64,000 bases of DNA from Eledone cirrhosa (taxonomy: Eukaryota). Positions 1 to 13,011 of this stretch are shown in pieces. The stretch spans positions 380,866,001-380,930,000 of the forward strand of contig OZ024741.1 in NCBI GenBank assembly GCA_964016885.1. The letters are read 5' to 3'. A program made the translations under genes and the position numbers. The notes under the pieces were generated by a model. That model had not been told where the DNA came from and did not search any database. It saw only the letters and a list, made by a program, of their open reading frames with translations. How positions within the stretch are numbered: position 1 is the stretch's first letter; each line of letters starts with the position of its first letter.

Positions 1-214
1 TTTACATGCAAAGGCATCCTCAATATGGAGGAGGCAATAACAAGATATAAAAGTATAAAAATAAAATAAAATATAACAAAATAAATTTTATAACAATATC
101 CTCAATAGGGAGGAGGCGCCTGGGGGGTCGCACACACCCCCGAAAAAAAGTGTGCAACCCTTCTCCTCAGGAGCACAGAGAGAGGGTGCTCCCTTGATCT
201 CTCATCTTTCTCAC

Positions 215-3200
215 CTACAGTCTGATGTAGAGTGAAGGCCCATTCACACGGGCCATTCTCGCCACTTTCACACATCTTTCATAGAAACGGCTGGGGTGCA
301 GCACCTCTCTCTCCATCCTGATCCTTCTTCCGAAATGATATCGGAAGAAACGGACCAGTTGTTGGCCAGAGAGAAAGGTGTCTGACTTCAGTCCTTTCAG
401 ACGCGTCCCCCATACAACCTCTTTCACCATGGCTATTACACACAGAAACACCGCCTCTCCTTCGTTTTTGAAGAGGGGAGGCGGCTTGATCGTTACAATA
501 GACTTGGTGGTCAACCGGATCGGTCTTGCCCTTGACAGCAGTTGTTCGACATAGACCCACAGATCGGCAATGCCCAAGCAGTGTACCAATGCGTGTGCGA
601 CGGTTTTACTCGTCGCACACGCATCTGGGACAGATCTTTTTCGAGGGGTCCCTACCCGGGCGCCCGTGTCTGTAGAGCCTTTCTCGAATGGGCAGAGCCC
701 CTTGGTAGCACTGCCAGGCCAGGGACCTCTGGAATTTATCCATGGGTCCCGGGCTGAATGTCCTACCGAACAGGTTGTCCAGTTCGTCTTCCTCCATGCC
801 TAGGGCTTCTCCAAGGGCGTCGTCGCACCTGCTAACCACCAGCCCTCTATAGAATGATGAGGTGGATTTTCCACTGACAGCCGGGTCCGCCTGCCAGAGC
901 CATGAGTGCCTGGGCACACTCGGTGTGCCAGGTGCCCAGTTTTCTCGGTCTTTGCTTGACCCAGGATTGCAGCTCGGTGAGTGAGACAAGTCTGGGAAAG
1001 GCTCGCCTCACAAACGGGGCCCACACCGCTTGACCAGTGAGGAATACCTGGAGGTGCCGTAGCCTTAATGCCTGTTTACGCATCATTAGTCACGGCATCA
1101 CCAGCCCTCCTTTAAAGGGTGTTGACAGCAGATGGATCTGATCACCATAGGAGCCCGCTTCTAACAGAGGAATTGGAAGAGTGCGCATTCCATTTTGGCG
1201 AGCGTTTCCCTTGGGCAAGGCACGACGGTCAGGCGGTAGTAGATGACGGATGCTATATAAGTGTTCGCCACCTCCGCCCGACCTTTCAGGGACAGTTTGC
1301 ACTCGGCCCACTTCTGGGTCAGTGCAAACACCCTGTTCGTTACCTCACCCCAGTTCTTCTCCACCTGGAGGTCTGGTCCGAACCAAACCCCGAGCAACTT
1401 CACCGGTCCTCCGTCCAGCGCCCGACGACGCCATCGGAGGGCATCGATCTGCCCCTCCACGTGCCGAGTTGCAGACTGATCGACTTGTCCCGGTTCAGCT
1501 TAGCCCCTGTAAAGCTTTCGTACTCCTCCAGTAAGGTGCCGATCGCCCCGATTTCCGAGGCCGTTGACACCATTACTGTTACGTCATCGGCGTAGGCCGA
1601 CACCGCTTTTCGCAATCCCGGTTCCAACGGAATGCCCTGCAACAACTCCAACTTCTGTAGCAGTGGCTCTAGAGTCATTACATACAGAAGGGAGGAGAGA
1701 GGGCACACTTGTCGGATGGACCGCGCGATTTCGAACGGCTCCGAGAGGTAGCCGTTCACCTTGACCCTAGAGCAGATGCGGCTGCTGTGCATGGCATTGA
1801 TCCAGCCCCTGAAAACGGGTCCGAAGCCTGCCGCCGCTAGCACCGCATGCAGGTAACCATAGTCGACCCTCTCGAACGCCTTAGATTGATCCAAGTTGAT
1901 CAGGGCCCCACCAAAGCCGGGTTCGTTCCCAACCCTCTCTATGATGTATCGCATGAGGTGGAGGTTGTCGTGGATGGACTTGGACGGGATAGCACATGTC
2001 TGCGCATCTCCCACCAGGTTGCCCACGACAAGCGCCAACCCCTTTGCTAGCACCTTGGCCAAAATCTGTAACTCTGTATTTAGCAGAGTTATGGGCCTGA
2101 AATTATTTATATCGTCCCCCTTGTTCTCGTCCTTCCTCACTAGCGTGACTACGCCCTTGGTCACAGCACAGGGAATTCTCCCGTTCTGTTGCCAGTTGCA
2201 GTAGACCGCCTCGAGGAGATTGGGGAACAAGTCCGGCATAGCTAGATACAGTTCGTATGGAAGACCATCGAGACCCGGGGATTTGCGTTTGCCGCATTGG
2301 CTTAGCACGTCCTCTATCTCAGCGTCTGAAATCGGCTCCTCGCAGGACTTCGCCTCCCTTTCCGAGAGACGCGGCAGGCCGTCAAGGTATGGACCGAAGT
2401 CCACATCCCCAACCGGCTCCCCGCCCCTTCCGAACAATCCGGCAAAGTGCTTTTGAAAAGCCTCGCACATCTGCTTAGGTTCAATGATCACCTGTCCATC
2501 CTGGTCTCGCAAAGACCGGATAGTGGATCTGCTCCCTCTTTTGGCTTCTGTCACGCGGGCCCAGCTAACAGCTTTGGTCCCCTTGTTTCCCAGAGCACGT
2601 AATTTGCTTCGGACGATGCAGCCTTCCTGTTTCGCGTCGAAGAACTGGCCCAGGGCCGTTCTCGACGCTAGCACTCTGGCCACATCACCGCTTCTAATTG
2701 CCTCTTCTTCACTATCTACCAGCTCCCTTTCCTTCCTATTTCTATTTGAGGCTAACTCCTTATGAAATTCTATAGAGACTACTCTAATCTCTCTTTTGAG
2801 AGATCCCCACCACCTGCTGTTGACGATGGCGTCCGTCAACCGCTCCTTAACTAAAGTGCTAATCCGGTTCCTGTAAGCCTTACTTGCCAGTAAGGACAAG
2901 TTGAGATTCCAGTAACCGGGTCCCTGTCTATGCGTTCTGTCAAGGTTGACCATTCAGCTCACTAACTTGTGGTCCGAATAGCCAGCCATGCTCATTTTTG
3001 GACAACTTAAAAAGTCCTTATCCTTATTTCTAACTAAGAACCTTACTAGGTACGACCTAGATGATCCGCTGAGATTTGCCCAAGTCCAGGTTGGCGCAGT
3101 CGGAAAATCTAGTCGATATCTCTCGGCCAGGTCAAATCGACCGATTAACCCTTTGAGGCTATTACATCCCTCTCTATCGGGACAGGCCCCTACGTAGTCC

Positions 3201-3647
3201 CAGCGTGCATCTAGGATACCATTCTAGTCCCCCACTAATAGCAAGGAGCGAGACGTCCCTAGAAAAGTCTCCAGACGATGGAAGAAGTCCGGCCGCATTG
3301 ACCCGTAAGGGCCGTAGGCGGCTACCAACCTAAACGCTCCGCCTTCACCACTGCCAAGGTCCAGGACCACTAGTCGACCCTCCGGTTCCAAATGTACCGT
3401 CTGTGTTGCGAGACCCAGATGTTTTTGCAGCAGAACGACAACCCCATCCCCACCTCCGGGCTGACAGAGAGATGCGTGCATCTCAAAGTCATCAAAGGTG
3501 GGGGCCAGCTGTCGCACGTTGCTGATCCGGGCCTCGCAAATAACCATCACATTAACGTTGTGACCTGAGGTCATTTAGAAGCATTGCTTGCTTCTAAGTT
3601 GAGCTCAGGCCACGCGCATTTAAACAGCCTACTCTTTGCATAGCCAT
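215..3647 (-). pseudogene. Tx1 ORF2 (APE endonuclease + reverse transcriptase), broken by stops and frameshifts
   Basis: Starts MAMQRVGCLNARGL at 3647. Collinear L1/Tx1 ORF2 pieces at 3224-3574, 1400-2953, 1161-1460, 606-989 and 215-589. Confidence 0.9.
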
Positions 3648-3649
3648 GT

Positions 3650-5030
3650 GAGTGGTGAAGAGAAAAGGCACTTGCCTCTCTGCGTCCCGGGTATCGGGCT
3701 GCACAATTTCCATGAGGATGGGGGATGGGTTGGGTGGGGTGGTGGTTTGTGGAACTGTAGGAGCATCAGTGTGTTGTGTGGTTGGGGTGTTTGGAGTTGT
3801 GTGGGTGTTTGGGGAGGGGGTGGGGTAGTTTTTTAGGAGGGCGTGGTTAATGGGCCCGACGCAGGGGGGGGGGGGGGGCACGTCCTCTTTAAAGTTGTCT
3901 TTTAGAGTTTTATAAGTGTCCTTTGGGGCCTTAATCATTTTGAGGTGGGGGAAATCCCCTGCCTGGGTGAAGTTAGGCCCTTGGGTTTTTATTAAATTGT
4001 TGTTGTACACAATGTTTAACAGTTTTTTTCTTTCTTGTGTTTATGTCTGTGTATGCATGTTTTTGTTTTTGTGTGGTGTTTTTTGTTTGCTGTTGTTGTG
4101 TGCTCTTTTGTGTTGGTGTCAGTGTTATGTTTTGGGGAGGGGTTGTTTTCATTTGTGTGTCTGAGGTGTGTTTTCTTTTTTTTCTTTTGATTGTGTGGAA
4201 GTGCTCCTCCTCGTCTGACGACGAACGTGGGTCACCTTCTGCGTTGGAAGGGAGGGGTATATTTTCGGGTTGTGTTTGCGGTGCAGGTGTTTTGGGAATT
4301 GTTTTTTTTTTAGTGGGGGGGGGGGATGGGTTGGACATTGTTTTGTTTTGGTTTGAGCTGTGGTTGTTGTTTTTGTAGTGGTGGTTGTGGTGGTTGTGTT
4401 GGTTGTGCAGTTGTTGGTGGTGTAGGCAGGATTGGGGTTTTCTTATTAAGTTGGGGACAGACAGCCCCCAGGTGACCTCTGGCTCCACAGAGGTAACACG
4501 AGGGCCGCCTACCCTCAACGGTAATGTTGATGAAAGTTTGATCATCCAGTATGATGCGTTCAGGGATCTGGGCGATCCTTTCGGGCCTCATTTGAACTAC
4601 AAGTTTGAGGCTCGTTCCACTGAACGCGTCACCCGATGCCTTTCCCATGGACACCAGCGTGTCATCATCCAGGTTCAGGAAACCTGTCAAAACCCACCAT
4701 ATGTCCATAATCGGCAGGATGGTGTGGATTTTTATTTGTTGTGTCTTTCTACCATGTACGTAGGGTAGAAGGTGTATGCGGTGGATGTAATTGGTTTGAT
4801 GGACAGTTTCACTGCTGTGTCCCTGTCCTTCATGAGAATGGATAGACTCCCGTAGAGTCTATCCTTCTGAATGAAGGTGATGTCCTTCATGACGTCTTTT
4901 AAAACCAGCTCTATCTCACTCTGTGATGGTTGAGCTGGTTTTTTGCTTTTATTTGAGATTGTCCTAAACATGACAGTGTTTAGGAGTCTCTGGCTTTTTA
5001 GTTCCGGGGGTTGGGGGGGGGGGATCGAAA
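3650..5030 (-). pseudogene. Tx1 ORF1 (gag-like, zinc knuckle, Pro/Thr/Gln-rich tail), frameshifted
   Basis: ORF pieces 4732-5142, 4310-4708 (VEGRRPSCYLCGARGHLGAVCP) and 3973-4545, upstream of ORF2. Confidence 0.8.
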
Positions 5031-5033
5031 ATG

Positions 5034-5084
5034 TAGATAGATAGATAGAATGATAGATAGATAGAGAAAGAGAGAGAAAGAGAG
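5034..5084. repeat. (GATA)n/(GA)n microsatellite at the 5' flank of the Tx1 element
   Basis: tagatagatagatagaatgatagatagatagagaaagagagagaaagagaga. Confidence 0.9.
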
Positions 5085-5109
5085 ATTGACTCCTTTGCTG
5101 AATTAGTGT

Positions 5110-5730
5110 TTTATTTTTTGACCTTGAAATGATGAAAAGCAAAGTTGGTCTTGTCAGGATTTGAACTCAGTATACAGAAAGCTGGAATGAATATGTCATC
5201 TGAATGCTTTATTGGTTCACCACTCGATTACATCAAGGTTACTGTTGTAATTTATAATCAACAAAGCAATAGATTTTCAAAGTAGAATATAATTGTTTTC
5301 AATACTTCGGAAATGATCCACTCTGATGAATTTAACCTAATACTAGAATAACCAGATACTTAATGCAACATTAGAAGATATTAAAAGTAGCAGATCATCA
5401 AATCAAAGCAAAGGAACTATGTTTTCATTGTCTTCTTCTAGTTGATATTGTTTGCCAACTATCCTCTTGATAGAAACATCACTGCTTTTTTTGGTGACAG
5501 GAGGTGAGGATTTGGGCTCAGAATGCACAGAGCCAGAACAGATGCCACAAAGAATCTCATCCAACATTTTAACAATACCATCAATCTATTGCTCTTGGAC
5601 TGGAACATTATCAAACCCCAAAGTATGAAAGACAAAGTTGACTTTGACAGGATTTGAAGTCAGTGTACAGAGGGCTGGCAAGATGTAGAAGCATTAATTT
5701 GACACTTTAATGTCTCTACCAATTCATCAC
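5110..5730 (-). mobile_element. Cluster of degraded tRNA-derived SINE copies
   Basis: Repeated atgaaag(g)caaagttgac...ggatttgaactcag motifs, homologous to the reverse complement of the intact SINE at 40569-40760. Confidence 0.6.
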
Positions 5731-7429
5731 CTTACATATTAGATACTATTAGCTTAATTTTATCAGTCCTATGTTTACAAATGCGATGGATCAAAAACTT
5801 ATGTGCACTTTGTATATACCAGACTTTTCTATGGCATGCTTAAAATTGATTGTATTGGATACAATGTGAAATTTAATGACAATGTGATATGGTTCTTAAG
5901 AAGGAATTATATTAAATGTACCTGTTCAAAAATCTCTTAGCATTCGTTGCTCTCATGGAATAGTTTTTCTCTCAGTCATTCTCACATGACAATGTTTAAG
6001 ACTGTCTTTTTCTTAAATAGTAAATACGCTGTAAACATTTCATTATCAGATAAACAATGTTTAAAAATTGATAAAATTATTTTCTAATATCCTATTAAGT
6101 ATTAATCTGTATATTGGCAAAATAGTACTAATAATATTTGACTTTTAAGCATATAATTGTGAATGGCAGATGGTTATATAAGAGCTGGATGATGAGATGA
6201 TGAACAATATTCTTTTAAAAAAGTGTATGATAAAAACACATTACAGTATTGAAAGTAATACACTGAAATTAAGGGAGCAATGTGATATGGTTCTTGAGAA
6301 GGAATTATATTATATCTACTTGTCATATAATCTCTGAACATTCATTGTTGTAATAAGGTAGGTTTCTTTCAGTTATCTTCCAATTTAAAAAAAAAAAAAT
6401 GGTAGTGCTTAAGATTTGCATTTTGGATTTAACTTTTATACACTTTCAGTGATACACTAATTCAGAACTTTCAGACATTGAATAGAAAAAATTACATTTC
6501 GTATCTACTGTATTTAATGCAATGATTATCAAGATATTTTGTGAAATGCCTTGCAATGCCATGTGGAAAGATTATTATTATTGTTTTTATTATTCTTGGT
6601 TTGAAAAAGATTTCCTTTCTTACCTCCAAAAGAATTAGGTACATCATAAGGAAAAGACATGCACATGTTGAAGGTTAACAAATGATGTAGATAAATGCCT
6701 TCACAATATTTACATTCAATATTTAATTCAACATTTATGTTGGGGTCATTTTTTGCTTTTCATCTTGCACTACTTAGTATTTTCATATACTATTGGGAGT
6801 CAATCTATGGTATGTATGGAATGTTAGAAATTCTGTACATTACATACTATTCCTGCTAACCTACTGCTTTAGTTGTGCTGCTAATGCTGTAGACATTAGA
6901 GAATACTCCAGGAGTGGTGTCATCATCACCAATTGACTGCAATAGCAGCTAGACACAATCTTCATCTATTCATTGAATCTTTCATAATAAGTCGAAGTCT
7001 CACAGTCAGGTGATTAGTCCTGATCATCAGTGGAAATTGAATTCTTAGGTGCAATTTGAACTGAGGAAGTAAACCGCTTGAACAAATACTGTAAAGCATC
7101 TCTTCTGATGCACTAATAATTTTGCTAATCCTCTACTGTAAACTGATACTTTATTTTATCAACTCCTAAAGGATGAATGGCCATGCTGACTCTGAAAGAT
7201 TTGAACTCAGATCTTTGTTGGCCATAGGAAATACTACAATATATTCTTTCTGACACACTAAAAATGGTGTCAGTTAGCCACATATTGTCTGAGAAAGTGA
7301 GACACAAAATTGTATGTATCTTGACATTTGTACCTTCCAACACATATTGCAAAATATCTATTACCACACCCACTCCCCCAAGTTGTATTTGCCTAATGCA
7401 CTCAACCATAGTATTACTCACTAATTTAT

Positions 7430-7750
7430 TGTGGATGCAGCATGGCCAAAGGTTATGAAGTTTGCTTCACAAACATAAGTTTCTGGGTTTGATCCTCAAA
7501 TTAACCCAAATTTTGTGTGTAAAATTGGGAAGGCAGAAGGTGTTTGGAAGCATGTCAGATCGACTGTATTTGTAATTTAGAGGTTCAAGTCTTGCCACAC
7601 ACTCTGCCATGTTGGATACACCTGAAAATTACATTAAGGTGGCTGGTGTTTGTTCATTGCTCAGCCACTTGCATATTCATTTCTTGAGTAGGCGGTTCCA
7701 TTGATCTAACCAGTGGAGTACTAATCGCCCATACCAACGAAGATCCATTC
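7430..7750 (+). mobile_element. Degraded tRNA/CORE-type SINE
   Basis: tRNA-like head (catggcc..aggtta..aagtttgcttc...ggtttgatcc) and a tail (tgctcagccacttgca...agatcca) shared with 59790-60220. Confidence 0.55.
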
Positions 7751-9309
7751 CATTAATTTCCTATTGTTATGTGAGCAATTAAATTGAATGAACTACCAGT
7801 AACAGTGTTTACATGACTTTAAACATTCAGGTTTCATTCCTAATCATTTGTAAAGTTTTGACTGAATAAAATTAGCTATTTCAAATTGAATATATAGTCA
7901 CACGAAGAAAGCATTCCAAGCAGATAGAGAAAGAGAAAACAAAAAATAGCAGCAACCAAAAAAAAATTACATACAAACAGAATACAATCAACCAAATATG
8001 TTTATATGTTTCAAAGGTGCAATAAATAAGATGGTAATGATGATGATGATATGACCTCCTCCTCCGCATTCACGATCACCAACATCATCATCATCATCAT
8101 CATCATTTTTTCAAAATTTGTTTATTTAATATAGGAAATAAATCATAGGATGAATAATCCTTAATTATTTCTACATATCTGGAAATATGAGAAGCTTTAT
8201 AGAAGACAAATTATTCTTTTCAATTAACTATTGTGAGAACAATATTTTATAATTGGAGAATGTTTCCCTTAGAAATTATATGGTTTTAAACAGAATGATA
8301 CATTTAAAAGATAAGACATTGATTCTGTCTTTCTATTACTGTATGGTTTCATAGTGATTTAATAACTTAGATAAAATCTTTCCAAAGTCTAATACAGGAA
8401 AATTACAAAAGAAAGCAAGAGCAGGAATAATCTTGGACAGAGTAGAAAGGTACACTGATGATAAATTTAGTTATTAAAATGTGATTATATTATTGTGTTG
8501 GGTATGGAGATATCATAACTACATTGACTACATGGTTGTGGTACAGTATTGAAGGACAGAATGGAAGGTGATGGGTATTAAAATAGCTACTAAAGACTGA
8601 TGGTGAATAGAGTTTTAGAATAAAATGTCAAGGCTTATGTAAAGGATGAGAATACCTACTACAAACAATCTCAACCACTGCTCTAACATTTCTGCCAAAC
8701 TACCACTCTGGACTGCTAATTTATTTATTGACCATTGAAAATATGAAAGGGTTTAACCCTGTGATGGACTGACATCCTGTCTAGGGGAAGTCTTGTGCTT
8801 TCAGTTAATTCAAGCCACAGAAACTGGGATAAGCACTGGTCAATTGAGCCTCCAGGTTTGAGACATACTTTAGACTTTTAGAATCCATCCAATTCATTAA
8901 TGAACCACTAATATCCAAATCACTGATTTCAAATGACATTGTTCCCTTCTTCAGGAGTGCTAAGAACCACTGATACTACCAGGGATTGTTTGAGTTCTTT
9001 TGTAGCAGTTGTTTTCCTTTTATTCTCTTTATCTATATATATATGCATTTATATATGTCTATCTACATACATAATATATATATGAAGATGTGTGTAATGT
9101 ATGTAAAAATACATTATGCCCAGGATGGATTAAGACTTTTGGGCCTTAAGTATTTTATACTGTATATGGAACAAACACCAATGTATTGTACTTGAAAATA
9201 CACTCAAGGGTACGACTTTAAAGAAAGGATCAATTGACTTTCATCAAATCGGACCGAGGAAACAATGTTTCTGTTGGTCTTTCCAGTTGCTAGTACTATC
9301 TATCAGTCA

Positions 9310-9445
9310 CAACTCCAGGTAGAAGGAGCAACATGAAATAGTGTCTTGCTCAAAGACTTAACGCATTGCCCAGTCCAGGAATTGAACACACAACCTCAAG
9401 ATTGTGAATCCAATTCTCTAACGACTTAGCCACATGCCTTCACTT
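9310..9445 (-). mobile_element. CORE-SINE head fragment
   Basis: tgaaatagtgtcttgctcaaga...ccaggaattgaac...ttagccacatgcc, the reverse of a tRNA head plus CORE domain. Confidence 0.65.
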
Positions 9446-11195
9446 TAATTGGGCCCAAACCTTTAGCATATTTTGTATAATGCTTAATTTATGGCTATTT
9501 GTGTTGTTTTGTTAAATCCCATTACAATGTGAATTCAAATCAACTTTTCTTCCATCATTTCTTAATTAATGTAATTAGTACCAGTAAAATATTGGTGTTG
9601 ATATAATTAACCATTATGTCTATTGATAAAAAAACATACAGTGAAGCAGGTGTAGAAACTATTGTATTACATTATATTAAGATAAGTGTCCTCATGTTGA
9701 TTGATCTCATAGAACTCTTCTATAAACTTTTCTATGTATAGAAAGGAGGGTTTCATAATATATTTAATATATAATGCCAATTTATATAAAGCTGAAGCAC
9801 ACAAGATCTAAGATATTAGCCAGGCATTAAAAATATCAATCACACTATAAAATAGAGAAAACTGCATTGGTCTTTATAGACATGTTATGGTTGTGGTAGC
9901 AGTGGTGGTGTTTAGCCATAACTCAGCCCTGATTAAGCACAATTATGAACAACATTCCAGCCATGATCATTCCAGCCATAACCATCATATTTTTCTGAGG
10001 GTATGTTGTCTAATATGGGTATTCCTCCTCTTGTCATCTTTATTTTCTCTATACCCATTCCTGCAGTTCCTACTCGAATCACTTACCAAATCCTTCCTTC
10101 AACTGTTGATGACATTAGTGTGAAAGCTGAGGTTATTTCCCTTTTCTTCAGACAAAACCATACTAACCTATGGTAGGAATGGAGCATATTGTCATATCAC
10201 TTAGTTATATGATATATGTAGGCATATAATCCTGGGGAAAAAAAAACTAATATGCAATATCATAGGATGGGAAGACTAAAGAAAATGTGAAAATGTGAGG
10301 CCAGATAACAGTGGAGATGGTGAAAGTTATCATCATCATCATAAGGCTAGCAAGGTTTGGACGGGTTTACATAGACCAAGTCAGTAGTGAAGCAGGATTA
10401 CTGACCTCTCAGACAGGCTAACAGGTCTGTATCCTGCTTATGTATAATCATTTCAAGTGCAGAGAAGTTGTCATGTCTTTTGATACAAACTGAAGGGTCC
10501 TCTTAACCCCTTGTTTGGTAAGCTTTCTACAGCTGGATGTCTTTCCTAATACAAACCACTTTAGAGTGTATACTGAGTGTGTTTATTGTGTAAATCACTG
10601 GCAAATATGTTTGATAAAACAATGACAATGAGAATAATGGAAACAGAGAAAAAGATATTAATGACAACAATGACAATAATATATCCCATCATCTCTATAA
10701 ATAATTCATAATGTACCTTTATCACATATTAAATAAACTTTAGCTTACTAATCCAGTACATATTTGATTGAACTGTGCTTTAATGGCTCTGAATTTCAGT
10801 TTCTGTTCTTGAAAGCATAATATATGTTGCACTGGGTTGCTTTCACAGTCATATGATTTAATTCAATTAATGTCCAAGTATCATCAATAAATTGATAATT
10901 AAACTACATTTAATGATGAACAAAGTGAAATGGTCAGATAATTAGAATATCTGTTGAATACATATAAAAAAGTCATGACACAGCAACAACAAATTTAAAC
11001 AGTCATCAAAATTATATATATGTTTGTAGGTATGGCTATGTGGTTAAGAAGTTAAACGTTATAACAGTATGAATCTATGTTTGATATCACTGCTTGTTAA
11101 AATACCATTGCATAGGGTTGATCAATTTGTTGCTTAAAATTCAGTAGATCCTATTGATGCATGCTCTATGTCTCTCTCTCCACATATATATATAT

Positions 11196-11433
11196 AGTAA
11201 TAATAAATGTAAAGACTAAAATCCGAAGAGGGCTTGATAAGAATTATATATATAAGTTTAACCTGGGTTAAGTCAGGGGTAACCACATTAATACATAACA
11301 GAGTATAAATATTTGATATAGAAATGGCTTCTACAGGACTAGAACTGTTTCATTTGGGAGAAATCCTGAGGAAGCCCTGATGATTTCTTCCGAATGAAAC
11401 AATTCTAGTCCTGTAGAAGCCATTTCTATATTA
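11196..11433. repeat. Fold-back cassette (about 52-bp inverted arms) containing a half hammerhead
   Basis: 11314-11365 is the reverse complement of 11382-11433 with about 4 mismatches. The right arm has GAAAC-aattcta-GTC. The left arm has an extra tail running to (TA)n. Confidence 0.85.
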
Positions 11434-11439
11434 TATGGA

Positions 11440-11690
11440 AATGAATTTGTATTGCAAGGTTTTTGATATGAAATCGTGTGTTGAAATAAATATTTTTTAT
11501 ATTTGGGGAAGGTGATATTGTTATAATATTGCCAGAAATATATAGCAAAACACAATCACTGTTCGGTTTGGGTTGGTTTTCGCATCAGTATATTTTATAT
11601 TTCTATAATTAATTCAGCTGAATTAATTATAGAAATATAATATATTCTGACAATATTATAACACTACATTCCCCAAATATAACAATATAT
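11440..11690. mobile_element. PLE pseudo-LTR-derived fold-back, same family as 41519-42415
   Basis: Homologous to the reverse complement of 42290-42415. Central perfect palindrome atatttctataattaattcagctgaattaattatagaaatat. Ends in (TA)n. Confidence 0.75.
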
Positions 11691-11743
11691 ATATATATAT
11701 ATATAATATATAAGATCAAAAGATGGTTAAAAGAGTTCCATGT

Positions 11744-11812
11744 ATTTTATTATGCTCATTTCAAAAACAAATATCATCATGCGATGACATTTGCGTTTTC
11801 GTCAGATAAAAT
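11744..11812 (-). ncRNA. Type-I minimal hammerhead ribozyme (family A)
   Basis: Minus strand: attttat-CTGACGA-stem II-GAAA-TGAGCA-TA-ataaaat. Confidence 0.75.
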
Positions 11813-12952
11813 AGGGAGACATGATATGAAAGTTAAAAAAGAATTGTGAACGGTGCAGTTTTAAATCAACATATGAAAAGTAGTTTTAGATTGATGTGTG
11901 ATATTGGGGAAAAAAATGAGGGGGTGGTGAAAAAGAGGAGGAGATGAGAGTAAAGAATGGAGGGGTAGGAGTATAATAAGGAAGGATGAGATAGGAGGAG
12001 AGATGGGTGATAGAGAGAGAGAGAGATAGCTTTTATAACTGAGAAAAATATATTGTTTTACAGAGAGAGGTTAAAAAACCGTTGGAAGATAATATATAAA
12101 TTAAAAGATTTTGAAATTTAACGAAGAGAAAATTTTAAGAATAATGTTAAATTAAGGTTTGTATATTGAAGGGTTTAATAATATGTGCGATGGAAAGAAA
12201 TTGTTGATATGTATTATTAAAAAAATATAAAAATAGTAGATTATTCATCCTCAATTCATTATTTTTTCTCCCTTTCATGCTCATCTAACTTCTACATATT
12301 ACACATCACAACACTTAAAATCAAACTTAAACCCTAACTAATCTCTTTTATTACATTATATTATTACCATTAGGAAATACTTCATAAACATACATATTTT
12401 GATGTTAAGGTCTTCTCCTTAAACTCTATCTCCTTCTTTGCTTTCTGCGCTAATTTGTAAACAAACTATTTACATATATTAATTCATCCTATCTTCTACT
12501 TCTTTTCACAATAGATCCTTAATTACATTACTATTTTTATTTTTTTAATAATACATATCAACAATTTCTTTCCATCGCACATATTATTAAACCCTTATAC
12601 AAACCTTAATTTAACATTATTCTTAAATTTTTCTCTTCGTTAATTTTCAAATTCTTTTAATTTATATATTATCTTCCAACGGTTTTTTAACCTCTCTCTG
12701 TAAAACAATATATTTTTCTCAGTTATAAAAGCTATCTCTCTCTCTATCACCCATCTCTCCTCCTATCTCATCCTTCCTTATTATACTCCTACCCCTCCGT
12801 TCTTTACTTTCATCTCCTCCTCTTTTTCATCCTTACCACCCCCCTCAATTTTTTTCCCCAATATCACACATCAATCTAAAACTACTTTTCATATGTTGAT
12901 TTAAAACTGCACCATTCACAAGTGTTTTTTAACCTTCATATCATGTCTCCCT

Positions 12953-13011
12953 ATTTTATCTGACGAAAACGCAAATGATGATATTTGTTTTTGAAATGCG
13001 CATAATAAAAT
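12953..13011 (+). ncRNA. Type-I minimal hammerhead ribozyme (family A)
   Basis: attttat-CTGACGA-aaacgcaaat..atttgttttt-GAAA-TGCGCA-TA^ataaaat. Stem I is a perfect 7 bp; AUA cleavage triplet. Confidence 0.85.

Larger units (their letters stand above)
1..5030 (-). mobile_element. Tx1-like (L1 clade) non-LTR retrotransposon, near full length, disrupted
   Basis: ORF1 with CCHC knuckle (CYLCGARGHLGAVC). ORF2 with APE (CLNARGL, LLLVGD, SDH), RT (KSPGLDGLPYE, FRPITLLN, LDQSKAFERV, AYADDV) and a Cys-rich C-terminus. GC-rich relative to flanks. Confidence 0.93.

Noticed and set aside
6186-6270. C/D-box snoRNA-like ATGATGA...CTGA
   Set aside because: No convincing terminal stem or recognisable rRNA guide, and (GAT)n motifs are ubiquitous here.
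7125-7421. 98-aa ORF as a possible host exon
   Set aside because: It overlaps a degraded SINE motif (ttattttatcaac...gatttgaactcag) and has no recognisable domain.
11377-11415. Complete hammerhead using CTGATGA at 11377
   Set aside because: No stem I pairing between the upstream gaagcc and the downstream ctgtag. Treated as a half-HHR fold-back only.
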